From: Sphingobacteriales bacterium
GTDB taxonomy: Bacteria; Bacteroidota; Bacteroidia; Chitinophagales; JADIYW01
Assembly: GCA_016699615.1 (NCBI GenBank)
Contig: CP064984.1
Span: forward strand, 1,806,185 to 1,870,184
Direction of reading: 5' to 3'
DNA: 64,000 nt
The position numbers and the translations under genes were made by a program. Of this stretch, positions 1 through 10,017 are shown piece by piece (the stretch's first letter is position 1; every line of letters starts with the position of its first letter). The notes beneath the pieces were generated by a model. That model was given only the letters and a program-made list of their open reading frames with translations, searched no databases and was not told the DNA's origin.

Positions 1-2093
1 TTAATTCTTGAACCTGCCATTTGTTGCATTTGTTTTTGGTATGCACCAAGTTCTTCTACTTTTAAGTTTGGAGATTCTTTTTGTATAGTTGATGGTTGTA
101 CTAAATACACACCTTCATTTCCTTTAATTACTTTTGATACTGAATTTTCTTTAGTACCAAACACTGCACCAGCAAGCTTTGGCTCGCTTCCAAATTTTGT
201 ATATCCTGATGTGAATGTAACTCTGATTGAATCATCTATTGTTGCGTCTTTTAAGCTAGATGCAATACTTGCTAAGTTTGTTTTTCCTGCTTTAGCTTTT
301 TCTAATTGTTTTGCTAATTCTTCTGCTTTTTTCTCTTTGATTAAGATTAAAGATACTTCTGCTCTTACATCATCAACTTGTGCTAAACCTTTTTCTGAGA
401 TTTTATTCAATTTTACTACTGCAAATTTTTCTGATAAATCGAAGAACTTAATCTCATTGATTTTATCTGTTTCAAATGCCCATCTTACAACTTCTCTTGC
501 TGCACCTACATTTTGTATGTTATTTGCATTTGATGTAACAATGATGTTTTTAAATGCTTTTTCTGTTTTTAATGCTTTGTTGAATTTGTCTACTGTATTG
601 TTGTTTTGGAAGAATGCAGTAGCATCAGCATAAACATCTTTATCCGTGTTTTTGCTTGGTCTGATTGGCTCAATAATATCTGCAAATTTTGTAAGTACTT
701 GCGGATTTCTTGTGTCTAATAATAAGATAATGTGTAGACCAAATTGTGATTCAACTTTTGCAATTTGTCCTGGCGCCATTCCTTTAAAGAATACTTCATC
801 ATTAAATTCTTTAACCATTGTATTTTTTGTAAAATAGCCTAAATCACCACCTTTAATTTTTGAATTATCATCTATTGAGTTTTGGTTTGCTAAGTCACCA
901 AATCTAGCTTTTCCAGAAGAAGCTAATGCTATTAAGCTATCTGCTTTTTTATTTGCAGCTGCTATTTCAGCATCTGTTCTGTTGCCTAATGATAATAAGA
1001 TATGAGCTGCACGTACACTATCTGGTGCTACTTTTCTGTCAATTATTTTTGTAAAAACATAGCTACCATTTGTAACATAGATATCAGTAAGTGTACCAAC
1101 TGGTAATGTAAATAAATTTTCTACATCTCTTCCTGTATTTGCTAAATCTTTTTTAGAGAAGAATGTAATTTGCTCACCTTGGATAGAATTTCTTTCTAAG
1201 AAAGCTGTATCTTTTGATTTGTCTGTGATTGTAAGATATTCAGCTCTTAGTTTTTCTAATTTAGATTTTCTTTCTAATGAATCTTCAGCAGTTGGAATAA
1301 TGTCAAATACTACGATATCTAAAGTTCTGCTTGCTTCTTGATTGAATTTAGCTGGATTGTCGTTGATATATTTAGTAATATCTGCATCAGAAATTTTGTA
1401 TTTGTCATCAGCTAAGCTAGTAAAAGGTATTGATAAAACACTAGTTACTGCTTCTCTTGAAGAATTAACTACTTCTTTTGTAAAGAAAGCAGGCATGTAA
1501 TATGATTTAGAGATTAAATCAGTATATTTTGTTTTTATTGTTTCTTCTTTTATTAATTTTTCAATTTGCTCAATTGTAGCTCTTAGATTATTTTCACCTT
1601 TTGGGTCATTTTTATCTATGTTTTTAATAAAATCTCTAGCTTTTGTTTCATCAATTTGTCCTGTTTGTGCATTGATTGCACCAACTTGTTGCCAAAAATT
1701 TCTTGCTAATGGATGTGCATTTTGTCCCCACATTAATTCACCAACTTCTTTAGTTGTAATTCCAATGCCTAGTTGTTTTAAGTGCTTGTCTAACAATGCT
1801 TCTTTTGCAACATTATTCCATACTTCATCATTGATTTGGGCACGAAGCTCATCATTCAATTGGATATTTGGATTGATAAGTTTTAATCCTTCTTCATATT
1901 CTGTAATTTTTTCAGAAAATTCTGATGCAGAAACATTGTTTCCATCTATTTTACCAACGCTATCTTTTTTGCCACCAGAAAATATATTTGACGGTGTTTC
2001 TAAAGCTGATTGTATAATAAAAATAAATAATGCTATTGCAAGGAATGAAAATAACATCCATGAACGTTGTCTGATTTTGCCTATAACTGCCAT
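1..2093 (-). CDS. PpiD/SurA-N-like periplasmic peptidyl-prolyl isomerase/chaperone, C-terminus cut by the window edge
   Basis: Hand translation of the minus strand from the ATG at 2093-2091 gives MAVIGKIRQRSWMLFSFLAIALFIFIIQSALE..., a membrane anchor followed by a long soluble region. I translated about 800 nt without meeting a stop. No complete minus ORF is listed here, consistent with the frame running off the edge. The plus-strand ORFs in this span are antisense artefacts. Confidence 0.6.
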   Translation of the reverse strand, partial: MAVIGKIRQRSWMLFSFLAIALFIFIIQSALETPSNIFSGGKKDSVGKIDGNNVSASEFSEKITEYEEGLKLINPNIQLNDELRAQINDEVWNNVAKEALLDKHLKQLGIGITTKEVGELMWGQNAHPLARNFWQQVGAINAQTGQIDETKARDFIKNIDKNDPKGENNLRATIEQIEKLIKEETIKTKYTDLISKSYYMPAFFTKEVVNSSREAVTSVLSIPFTSLADDKYKISDADITKYINDNPAKFNQEASRTLDIVVFDIIPTAEDSLERKSKLEKLRAEYLTITDKSKDTAFLERNSIQGEQITFFSKKDLANTGRDVENLFTLPVGTLTDIYVTNGSYVFTKIIDRKVAPDSVRAAHILLSLGNRTDAEIAAANKKADSLIALASSGKARFGDLANQNSIDDNSKIKGGDLGYFTKNTMVKEFNDEVFFKGMAPGQIAKVESQFGLHIILLLDTRNPQVLTKFADIIEPIRPSKNTDKDVYADATAFFQNNNTVDKFNKALKTEKAFKNIIVTSNANNIQNVGAAREVVRWAFETDKINEIKFFDLSEKFAVVKLNKISEKGLAQVDDVRAEVSLILIKEKKAEELAKQLEKAKAGKTNLASIASSLKDATIDDSIRVTFTSGYTKFGSEPKLAGAVFGTKENSVSKVIKGNEGVYLVQPSTIQKESPNLKVEELGAYQKQMQQMAGSRI

Positions 2094-2320
2094 TCTATTG
2101 TTTTTTAAAGAGTTGCAAAAATAATAGAAATTTGGGAATTTTAATAATAAGTATGTGTAAAAATTATATTTTCCTATACAAAAATATTTTTATGAAACTT
2201 ATTCAAGCTGTTAAAAATCAATAGGATATGGATTTTGTGTAAAAATAAAATACTTAATAGCATACATTCTGTAAAATGTGTACAGTATCTGATGTGTGAA
2301 CTACTGTCGTTTGTAAAATC

Positions 2321-3082
2321 TTACCAATCTTTGGCAACTTTGGTTTTTTTGCCATTGCCTTGCTGTTGTTGCAGTTTTTGTTGTGTTTTGCCTTCTTCAT
2401 TTTCCAAGGCTTCCAGCAGACGTTGTGCCTCTTCGTTGCTCATTTTTCCTTGTTGCTCTTGTTCTTTTTGTTGCTGAGCTTTATTTTTGTCTTGAGCTGA
2501 TTGCTGATTTTGTTGCTGATTCTGCTTGTTTTCTTGTTGTTTTTTCTGGTCTTGCTTTTGTTGTTGCTGTTGGTCGTCTTTCAGTTTTGCCATTGCCATC
2601 ATCAAATTATATTTGGTGTCTTTGTCAGATGGATTTATTTTTAGTGCTTCTTTGTAGGCTTGTACACTTTTTTCAAACTGAGATTGTTTGTAGAATGTAT
2701 TACCAAGATTGTGATATGCTTTTGATTTTACATCTAAGTTTTTAGTTTGTTTGCTTATTGCATCAAAATAAGATGCAGCTTTTTCATATTCGCCTAGTTG
2801 GTACATTGCATTTGCTTGGTTGAAAATTGCTTTCTCATTATTTGGCTCTTTGCTCAATGCTGCTGTGTACTTATCTGTTGCTTGGTTGTATTTTTGTTGG
2901 TCATAAGATTTATTGCCACTTCTTATTAATGAATTGGTACTTTGTGCAGCTGAGTCTTTAGGTCTTAAAAAAATTACTAATAATATTCCAATTTTAATGA
3001 TAGTCTTTAATACAAAAACTACGATTAAAAGTGTTTTATTCTTTTTGGCAAATGTTCTTATTTTGTCAAAATACTTCCTCAT
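2321..3082 (-). CDS. batC: BatC-like TPR protein with Q/K-rich C-terminal tail
   Basis: TPR-like segments are present (AMYQLGEYEKAASYFD, NLGNTFYKQSQFEKSVQAYKEAL) plus a glutamine-rich tail. It overlaps the upstream VWA gene by 4 nt. Gene order matches the Bacteroides Bat operon. Confidence 0.6.
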   Translation of the reverse strand: MRKYFDKIRTFAKKNKTLLIVVFVLKTIIKIGILLVIFLRPKDSAAQSTNSLIRSGNKSYDQQKYNQATDKYTAALSKEPNNEKAIFNQANAMYQLGEYEKAASYFDAISKQTKNLDVKSKAYHNLGNTFYKQSQFEKSVQAYKEALKINPSDKDTKYNLMMAMAKLKDDQQQQQKQDQKKQQENKQNQQQNQQSAQDKNKAQQQKEQEQQGKMSNEEAQRLLEALENEEGKTQQKLQQQQGNGKKTKVAKDW

Positions 3083-4077
3083 CTTTTTTTGTATGGTATA
3101 AATATATTAATAAAAAGTACCAATAAACCTAAAACCAAAAAATATTGATATTGTTCAACGAAATTAGTAAATACTTTATCATTAATGGTTTTAGTTTCTA
3201 TTTTGGCAATATCTTTTGATAAAAGTTTAGCCACCAATTTTGAGTTGTCTAAATTGTAATAATTTCCATTTCCAGCTTTTGCCAAAGCTTGCAAAATATC
3301 TTCGTTTAGTTTAGTTACAATATCATTGCCTTCTGCATCTTTTTTGTATGTAACAGTATTTTGCTGATTGGAAATTGGGATTTTTGCACCAGTTTTAGTT
3401 CCTGCGCCAATTGTGAAAATTCTCACACCATCAGTAGCTAAGTTTTGCGCAGCATCTATTGCATCTTCTTGATGGTCTTCTCCATCTGTGATTAAAATAA
3501 TTGCTTTGTATTTTCTTTGTTTTTCATCAAACAATGCAGCAGATTGGTTGAATGCCTCAGCTATTGCTGTACCTTGTGTAGGTACGCTATTTGTATTTAA
3601 CGATTTTAAATACAACAACATAGATGAGTAATCAACTGTCAATGGCATTTGTGTGTATGCAGCACCAGCAAATATGACAAGTCCAACTCTGTCTCCATCT
3701 AAATTTTTTAATAATTCTTGAATTAGTAATTTTGATTTTTGTAGACGATTGGGCGCAATATCTTGAGCTAACATACTTCTTGATAAATCCAATGCAATAA
3801 CTATATCAATACCTTTGCGTTTTATTTTTTCTTCTTTTGTGCCTAATTGAGGTTGCGCCAATGCTAGAATAAAACATAATAATGTAATTAGATATAATGC
3901 AAATTTTAGGTGTGTACGTTGCACACTTCTTTCTGGCAACAACGTATTTATTATTCTTTTATCTGCTAAGTTTTTTAGTAGTTTTTCTTTTTTGGAATGC
4001 CAATAGAAATATATTGCAAAGCTTATTGGAATTAAGCAAAGTAGATATAGAAATTTTATTTGGGCAAACTGTAGCAT
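3079..4077 (-). CDS. batB: BatB-like von Willebrand factor A (VWA) membrane protein
   Basis: It has N- and C-terminal hydrophobic segments and a MIDAS-type motif (IVIALDLSRSM). A second motif is ILITDGEDH. Its start overlaps the stop of the upstream gene by 1 nt. Confidence 0.65.
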   Translation of the reverse strand: MLQFAQIKFLYLLCLIPISFAIYFYWHSKKEKLLKNLADKRIINTLLPERSVQRTHLKFALYLITLLCFILALAQPQLGTKEEKIKRKGIDIVIALDLSRSMLAQDIAPNRLQKSKLLIQELLKNLDGDRVGLVIFAGAAYTQMPLTVDYSSMLLYLKSLNTNSVPTQGTAIAEAFNQSAALFDEKQRKYKAIILITDGEDHQEDAIDAAQNLATDGVRIFTIGAGTKTGAKIPISNQQNTVTYKKDAEGNDIVTKLNEDILQALAKAGNGNYYNLDNSKLVAKLLSKDIAKIETKTINDKVFTNFVEQYQYFLVLGLLVLFINIFIPYKKR

Positions 4078-5084
4078 TAATTTACAATGGTTTTTAGATA
4101 AGTGTTTCTCAATATAAATTCAAGTGCTAGGCAAAACAATGCTATGAATAAAAAGAAATGAAATCTTTCTGCTTTCATATTGTAGTTGGCAATTTTTATT
4201 TTAGATTTTTCTAATTTATTAATTGCATCATATACATCTCTAAGTTTGTTGTTGTTTGTTGCTCTATAATATACACCACCAGTTTGCTGTGCTATTTTTT
4301 TGAGCAATACTTCATCTATTTCCACAGGAAAATTTTGATAGAAAGTATTTCCTTTTTGGTCTTTTACTGGATATGGAGCAGTACCATTTTTGCCAACGCC
4401 AATTGTATATACTCTAATGCCATAACTTTGTGCAATTTTTATGGCACTTTCTGGATCTATGTAACCCATGTTGTTGATGCCATCAGTCATTAAAATAATA
4501 ACTTTTGATTTTGATTGACTATCTTTTAGTCGTGCAACTGCTGTAGCTAAGCCCATGCCTATTGCTGTGCCATCTTCTACCATGCCACTTTTTATATTTT
4601 TAAATAAATTGAGCAATATTTGATGGTCAATCGTTATTGGACATTGCGTAAAACTTTCTCCTGAGAATACAACCAAACCTATTCTGTCATTTTTTCTTTC
4701 TTGAATAAATTGCATAGAGATTTTTTTGGCTGCTTCCAATCTATCAGGCTTAAAATCTCTCGCAAGCATACTTCCTGATATGTCTAATGACAATACAATA
4801 TCAATACCTTCAGAATTTATTTCTTTGTCTGATAAGCTACTTTGTGGTCTTGCTAAAGCAATAATGGCAAATATTACAGACAATATTTTTAGAATTGGTA
4901 AAAAATAATTGAGTTTAGTTTTTAATGATTGTTGATGGAATAATTTTGCATCAATATTGGGTACATAAAAACTTGCAAAATGGTTCTTTTTTCTAAAGAA
5001 ATACCAATATATCATAAATGGAACAAGCAACAGTAAAATAAAATACTGTGGTTGCGCAAATTGATATGTTAGTAAATTACCCAT
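4077..5084 (-). CDS. batA: BatA-like VWA membrane protein
   Basis: It carries the MIDAS motif IVLSLDISGSM and the motif ILMTDGINN, with TM segments at both ends. It is a paralog of the next gene. Confidence 0.65.
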   Translation of the reverse strand: MGNLLTYQFAQPQYFILLLLVPFMIYWYFFRKKNHFASFYVPNIDAKLFHQQSLKTKLNYFLPILKILSVIFAIIALARPQSSLSDKEINSEGIDIVLSLDISGSMLARDFKPDRLEAAKKISMQFIQERKNDRIGLVVFSGESFTQCPITIDHQILLNLFKNIKSGMVEDGTAIGMGLATAVARLKDSQSKSKVIILMTDGINNMGYIDPESAIKIAQSYGIRVYTIGVGKNGTAPYPVKDQKGNTFYQNFPVEIDEVLLKKIAQQTGGVYYRATNNNKLRDVYDAINKLEKSKIKIANYNMKAERFHFFLFIALFCLALEFILRNTYLKTIVN

Positions 5085-5097
5085 TTTAATCTTGTTG

Positions 5098-6081
5098 TTA
5101 TTTTGGTTTCTCTGTTTGTTCTTTTTCTAATGGTTTGGTTTGATTGATAAAATCTTGGATAATATGTATTGCATTCTCATTGTCATTTAAGTCAGGTTGT
5201 GCTTTTGCAAATTTTACAAAATCACTCATTGATAAAAATTGGTGTAATGGTTCTTTTAGTTTTTGTTTAACTACACCTTTGTGCAATGATGTCATTATTT
5301 CTTCGGTTGTTTGTTCCATTGCAGGAAGTTTAAACCTAAGTTCTATGTAACTTCTAAGCACATCTGATAGTTGCGAATAATACAATTTTACATTACCATT
5401 TTGCCAAAGTTTTTGTTGCTTTATCTTATCAAGCTCTTGCAATGCCCAAATATGTGGTGGCAAAATATATTTTAAATCTTTAGGCATTTTATCTCTCTGT
5501 ATTTTTCTATAAAATAGAAATGCAGCAATAGCAATAATGATGATAGCAAAAAGTAATAATAGGTAAGGTGCAATTTCTTTAAAAGTATATGGAACTTTTA
5601 AAGGTGGTTTTATTGCTTTGATATCTTTTGTAGTATCAATAGCTACGCCAGCAACATGAACAAGCACTGCGTCTGTGTAGATTGTGTCTGTTTTGTCTTT
5701 TTGTATTACAAGAATTGGAATTGGTTCAAATAATATTTTTCCAGTATCAAAACAAATAAAATTTACTAATTGATGATATCTATAATTTGTACCTTCTTTT
5801 ATTGTATCAATACTTGATGCATTAACAACTTCAATGTTTGTACTTTTGGTAGAATCTTTTTTATTAAAATCAGGAAAAAATATACGTGTATCTTTTTCAA
5901 CAGAAACTGTAATATCAATAGGTACCCAATCTCCAATTAAGTAATTTTTCTTTTTAGCAAATGCTGATGCTTGTTGTGCAACAATATTGTTGAAAGTAAA
6001 AAGTAATAGTATCAAACTAAAGATTCTAATGCTGTAGTTTTTGGTTTTTTTTAATTGTAGTATGTGTATAGTTTTATTCAA
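5098..6081 (-). CDS. Bat-operon membrane protein (BatD-like N-terminus, DUF4381-like C-terminus)
   Basis: It has a signal/anchor N-terminus and a central TM helix (APYLLLLFAIIIIAIAAFLFY). The helical C-terminal part has the pattern I recall for DUF4381 (..SDFVKFAKAQP..). It sits between the DUF58 gene and batA. Confidence 0.5.
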   Translation of the reverse strand: MNKTIHILQLKKTKNYSIRIFSLILLLFTFNNIVAQQASAFAKKKNYLIGDWVPIDITVSVEKDTRIFFPDFNKKDSTKSTNIEVVNASSIDTIKEGTNYRYHQLVNFICFDTGKILFEPIPILVIQKDKTDTIYTDAVLVHVAGVAIDTTKDIKAIKPPLKVPYTFKEIAPYLLLLFAIIIIAIAAFLFYRKIQRDKMPKDLKYILPPHIWALQELDKIKQQKLWQNGNVKLYYSQLSDVLRSYIELRFKLPAMEQTTEEIMTSLHKGVVKQKLKEPLHQFLSMSDFVKFAKAQPDLNDNENAIHIIQDFINQTKPLEKEQTEKPK

Positions 6082-6086
6082 GCGAT

Positions 6087-6950
6087 TTATCTTTTTTTAA
6101 AGAAATTCATTAATGCACTAACATATGGTTGATTGCTTTTAAGTATTAGTTTATCTGCGCCAGCTCTTCCAAAACTTTGCTCAAAATATTTTTGTAAATC
6201 TTGATAAGATTGTTGGTATGTGGCTGCCCAAGATTTGTCATTACTATCTATCCAAATATGTGTTTGTTTTTCTACATCATAGATTTGAATTAGACCAACA
6301 TTTGGTATTTGCTCATCTAGTGTGTCATTTATTTTTATTCCAATCACATCATGTTTTTTTGCCAAATGCGATAGTTGTTCAAAATATCCATCATTTAAGA
6401 AATCTGAAAGCACAAATACTATTGCCTTTTTCTTCATCTTATTATTAAATCCTTCTAATGTATTTGCAATGTCTGTGGTTTTGTTTTCAGAAGAATATTG
6501 CAATAATTCTCTAATAATTCTTAGTATTTGTTGCTTGCCTTTTTTTGGTGGAAGAAATAATTCTGTTTTATTGGTGAAGAATGCTAATCCAACCTTATCA
6601 TTGTTATTGATAGCCGAAAATGCGATAATGGCACACAATTCAGCAATCATCTCTCTTTTTGTTTGATTGAGTGTGCCTATAAAAGTTGATTGACTTACGT
6701 CAACCAAAAGCATTACAGTAAGTTCTCTTTCTTCTTCAAATACTTTCACATATGGTGTTTGGAATCTTGCAGTCACATTCCAATCAATATTTCTAATATC
6801 ATCACCATATTGATATTCTCTAACTTCTGAAAAAGACATTCCTCTGCCTTTGAATTTACTATGATACTCACCAGAAAAAATATGATTGCTCAAACCTTTT
6901 GTTTTGATTTCAATTTTTCTAACTTTCTTTAGTAATTCAGATGTTTCCAA
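6087..6950 (-). CDS. DUF58 family protein (MoxR partner)
   Basis: The motif REYQYGDDIRNIDWNVTAR is typical of DUF58. It lies immediately downstream of the MoxR ATPase gene. Confidence 0.7.
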   Translation of the reverse strand: METSELLKKVRKIEIKTKGLSNHIFSGEYHSKFKGRGMSFSEVREYQYGDDIRNIDWNVTARFQTPYVKVFEEERELTVMLLVDVSQSTFIGTLNQTKREMIAELCAIIAFSAINNNDKVGLAFFTNKTELFLPPKKGKQQILRIIRELLQYSSENKTTDIANTLEGFNNKMKKKAIVFVLSDFLNDGYFEQLSHLAKKHDVIGIKINDTLDEQIPNVGLIQIYDVEKQTHIWIDSNDKSWAATYQQSYQDLQKYFEQSFGRAGADKLILKSNQPYVSALMNFFKKR

Positions 6951-7012
6951 AAAATAGAATTTTTAGTTATTAATTTTATAGATGTTCCTTGTTTTGTTGT
7001 TGTAAAACACTG

Positions 7013-8026
7013 TTAAGGCACTTCTACTTTGTTGATAATTGTTTGTATAATATCTTCTTGGAAAATATTTTCAGCTTCTGCTTCATAGGTAATGCCTATT
7101 CTGTGTCTTAGTACATCAGTGCAAATAGCACGAATGTCTTCTGGAATTACATAACCACGTTTTTTTATGAATGCGTATGCTTTTGCAGCCATAGCCATAC
7201 TTATACTTGCACGTGGCGAAGCACCATAGCTGATAAGATTTTGTAGATTGTCTAATTTATAGTTTGCCGGATTTCTTGTTGCAAAAACAATATCTAAAAT
7301 ATATTTTTCTATTTTTTCGTCCATGTACACAGCACGCACAGTTTCTCTAGCTCTTAGTATTTCTTCTGGTTTTATTACTGGCATTATCTTAGGTGAGCTG
7401 CCTTGTACATTTTGTCTAATGATTTGTCTTTCTTCCTCAAATTCTGGATAGCCAATTTTTACTTTTAGCATAAATCTGTCTACTTGTGCTTCAGGCAAAT
7501 TGTAAGTACCTTCTTGTTCAATTGGATTTTGTGTTGCCATTACTAAAAATGGTTCTTCAAGTTTATATACATGATCGCCAATTGTTACAGATTTTTCTTG
7601 CATTGCTTGCAGTAAAGCACTTTGTACTTTTGCTGGTGCTCTATTGATTTCGTCAGCTAAGATGAAGTTTGAAAAAATTGGGCCTTTTCTTACTTCAAAA
7701 TTTCCTTTTGCTTGGTTGTAAATCATGGTGCCTAAAATGTCTGCTGGCAACAAATCTGGTGTAAATTGTATACGACTAAATTGTGTGCTAATTGCATCAG
7801 ACAATGATTTTATAGCTAAGGTTTTTGCAAGTCCAGGTACGCCTTCTAGCAAAATATGCCCTTGTGTTAGCAATCCAATCAGTAATCTTTCTATCATATA
7901 TTTTTGTCCTATGATAGATTTGGATACTTCAGAATTTAGCAAATCAAGGAAAATGCTGTCTTGCTGAATTTTTTCATTTAATGCTTTAATGTCGATAGAT
8001 TCCATAATATATATTGAGAAACACAA
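7013..8026 (-). CDS. MoxR-family AAA+ ATPase
   Basis: Walker A is GVPGLAKT and Walker B is ILADEINRA. The size is about 330 aa. The true start may be the internal MESIDIK methionine. Confidence 0.85.
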   Translation of the reverse strand: MCFSIYIMESIDIKALNEKIQQDSIFLDLLNSEVSKSIIGQKYMIERLLIGLLTQGHILLEGVPGLAKTLAIKSLSDAISTQFSRIQFTPDLLPADILGTMIYNQAKGNFEVRKGPIFSNFILADEINRAPAKVQSALLQAMQEKSVTIGDHVYKLEEPFLVMATQNPIEQEGTYNLPEAQVDRFMLKVKIGYPEFEEERQIIRQNVQGSSPKIMPVIKPEEILRARETVRAVYMDEKIEKYILDIVFATRNPANYKLDNLQNLISYGASPRASISMAMAAKAYAFIKKRGYVIPEDIRAICTDVLRHRIGITYEAEAENIFQEDIIQTIINKVEVP

Positions 8027-8105
8027 AAATAAAATTGTATGTTGTATATCTGTCTTAGTTTATAGTTAAAAAAAGTTAGCTAATTATGTTATATATATTG
8101 AAATA

Positions 8106-8136
8106 ATAAAAAAAGTTGGCTACTAGGAACCAACTT
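8106..8136 (-). terminator. Rho-independent terminator after trxA
   Basis: On the minus strand the sequence reads AAGTTGG-ttcctagtag-CCAACTT followed by a T-run. It lies just downstream of the trxA stop. Confidence 0.6.
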
Positions 8137-8160
8137 TATTCTAAATATTTACATTGAAAA

Positions 8161-8481
8161 TTAAGCTATTAAGCTATCTAATTTCTTTTTTAGGTCTGAT
8201 TTTGATGCTAAACCAACATGTTTGTCTACTAACTCACCACCTTTAAAAAATAATAAAGTTGGGATACTCATGATGCCATATTGAGCTGCAACATCTCTGT
8301 TGTCATCCACGTTCAATTTTCCTATGGTTGCCTTTCCATCATATTCTGTTGATAATTCTTCGATTACTGGTCCAATTAGTTTACATGGTCCACACCATTC
8401 AGCCCAAAAATCTACCAATGCTACACCACTATTTTCTATAATTGATGCGTTAAAGTTCTCGTTTGTTAATTCTTTTGCCAT
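8161..8481 (-). CDS. trxA: Thioredoxin
   Basis: The WCGPCK active site is present. Size is 106 aa. Confidence 0.9.
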   Translation of the reverse strand: MAKELTNENFNASIIENSGVALVDFWAEWCGPCKLIGPVIEELSTEYDGKATIGKLNVDDNRDVAAQYGIMSIPTLLFFKGGELVDKHVGLASKSDLKKKLDSLIA

Positions 8482-8540
8482 AACTTAGTATTTTATATTT
8501 TTAAACAAATTCTATCAAATAAAGTTCCAAAGTTAAGAAA

Positions 8541-8831
8541 TTAGTTAATAATTACTTCTTCAATTATTTTTTCGCCCATTTTGTCATTGATTATCTGACA
8601 TATTTTCTCTCTTGCCATAAATAACTCTTGTTTTATGACTGCTGAGTCAATTTGTACATATAATTTTCTGTTGCTTAAAACAATTCTTTTGGTGTGTTTG
8701 GCTATGATGCCTTGCATTTGTTCGTACCAAATTTTTTTCACTTTTATCTCATTGAGCTTGCTTCCAATTCTCATCTCTTGGATCATGTCATCCAAAATAT
8801 CTTTCAATGTGCTAAAATTTCCTGTTTTCAA
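8541..8831 (-). CDS. DUF721-like small protein downstream of recF
   Basis: A 96-aa ORF lies 4 nt after recF, the usual position of DUF721 proteins. The call rests on position and size. Confidence 0.45.
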   Translation of the reverse strand: MKTGNFSTLKDILDDMIQEMRIGSKLNEIKVKKIWYEQMQGIIAKHTKRIVLSNRKLYVQIDSAVIKQELFMAREKICQIINDKMGEKIIEEVIIN

Positions 8832-8835
8832 TTTG

Positions 8836-9933
8836 TTATAGTACTATATGTTTGTAATCATTTATTTTCAGTTGCTCTAAGATACTCAATATTCTGTTCG
8901 CATCAGTGTAGGTAATAAATATTTGTCCAAAATTATCTTGATAAACCAAGCTTAATAATGATTTTATTCTTTCCATATCTAATTTGTCAAAGATATCATC
9001 TAAAAATAGAATTGGTTTTTTTTGTGTTTTTAGCTTAATGTATTCGTATTGTGCAAGTTTTGTTGCAAGCACAATGGTTTTTTGCTGTCCTTGCGAAGCA
9101 ATTTTTTTAGCAGGATAATCGTTTAGATTGAATGTAATATCATCAGTATGAATGCCATATAATGTTTTCTGAGCATTTATCTCTTCTTGTTTCTTTCCAA
9201 TTAAAAATGCTTTAATATCTTGATTGATAAACTTTGATTCATATTGTATAAACACATTTTCTTCACCATCAAAAATATTTTTATGGTATTGCTTAAAAAT
9301 GGTATTAAATTGTTCTAAAAAATGACTTCTATTTTCAAAAATATAAGTATTGAGTGTAATAAGTTGTTGATTATAAATATCTAATAAAGCTTCGTCAATA
9401 CGTGTTTGCGTTTGTAATAATTTTAATAATGAGTTCTTTTGTTTTATAATTCTTTGGTATTCAGTTGATTTTGTAAGATGTGCTGGATTACTCAAAGAAA
9501 GTGTTGCATCTATTAATTTACGTCTTATTTCTGCAGTGCCTAATATTATTTCTTGGTCGTTTGGCTCAATAAAAATAATTGGATACCTACTTGCAATTTC
9601 TGTTTGTCTATCAATCTGAATGTCATTTAATGAAATTTGCTTTTTTTGATCTTTTAGATTATTGATTTTAATTCTATCAATTTTTTCATCTATATTAATA
9701 TATGTATTTAGCTGGATAGCCTGATGTGAAAAATGATAAACCAACAAATCTGATGAGCTAAAATTACTTTTTAAAAAACAAGAATAATAGATGGCATCTA
9801 GTAAATTAGTCTTTCCAACACCATTTTTCCCAGTAATGATATTTAGTTTCTGATGCAAGTCAAAAGCACATTGGTGGTACTGTTTGAAATTCTCAATTAC
9901 TATTTTAGAAATATGTTGTGTGAAGGAGAGCAT
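8836..9933 (-). CDS. recF: DNA replication and repair protein RecF
   Basis: The Walker A motif is GKNGVGKTNLLDAIYY. An ABC-like signature (SQGQQKT) and Walker B (LFLDDIFDKLD) are also present. Confidence 0.9.
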   Translation of the reverse strand: MLSFTQHISKIVIENFKQYHQCAFDLHQKLNIITGKNGVGKTNLLDAIYYSCFLKSNFSSSDLLVYHFSHQAIQLNTYINIDEKIDRIKINNLKDQKKQISLNDIQIDRQTEIASRYPIIFIEPNDQEIILGTAEIRRKLIDATLSLSNPAHLTKSTEYQRIIKQKNSLLKLLQTQTRIDEALLDIYNQQLITLNTYIFENRSHFLEQFNTIFKQYHKNIFDGEENVFIQYESKFINQDIKAFLIGKKQEEINAQKTLYGIHTDDITFNLNDYPAKKIASQGQQKTIVLATKLAQYEYIKLKTQKKPILFLDDIFDKLDMERIKSLLSLVYQDNFGQIFITYTDANRILSILEQLKINDYKHIVL

Positions 9934-9986
9934 ATTAAATTTGCGACAAAATAATTAAAAATATATTGGATTTAGTAAATAAATTG

Positions 9987-9994
9987 TACTTTTG
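9987..9994 (+). promoter_or_regulatory. Bacteroidota -7 box (TAnnTTTG) for the TPR/ribH operon
   Basis: TACTTTTG lies 24 nt upstream of the ATG at 10018. A TTG at 9966-9968 sits 18 nt upstream of the box. Confidence 0.4.
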
Positions 9995-10017
9995 CGGTTC
10001 TAAAATGTTATAATACA

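Noticed and set aside
211-2124. Plus-strand ORFs 211..633, 646..837 and 1618..2124
   Set aside because: Their translations are low-complexity, Cys/Phe/Ser-rich. They lie antisense to a long minus-strand frame encoding a convincing PpiD-like protein that starts at 2093. I treat them as antisense artefacts.
2235-2745. Plus-strand ORFs 2235..2477 and 2383..2745 (Cys/Leu/Phe-rich)
   Set aside because: They are antisense to the Q/K-rich tail and TPR region of the BatC-like gene. They are compositional artefacts.
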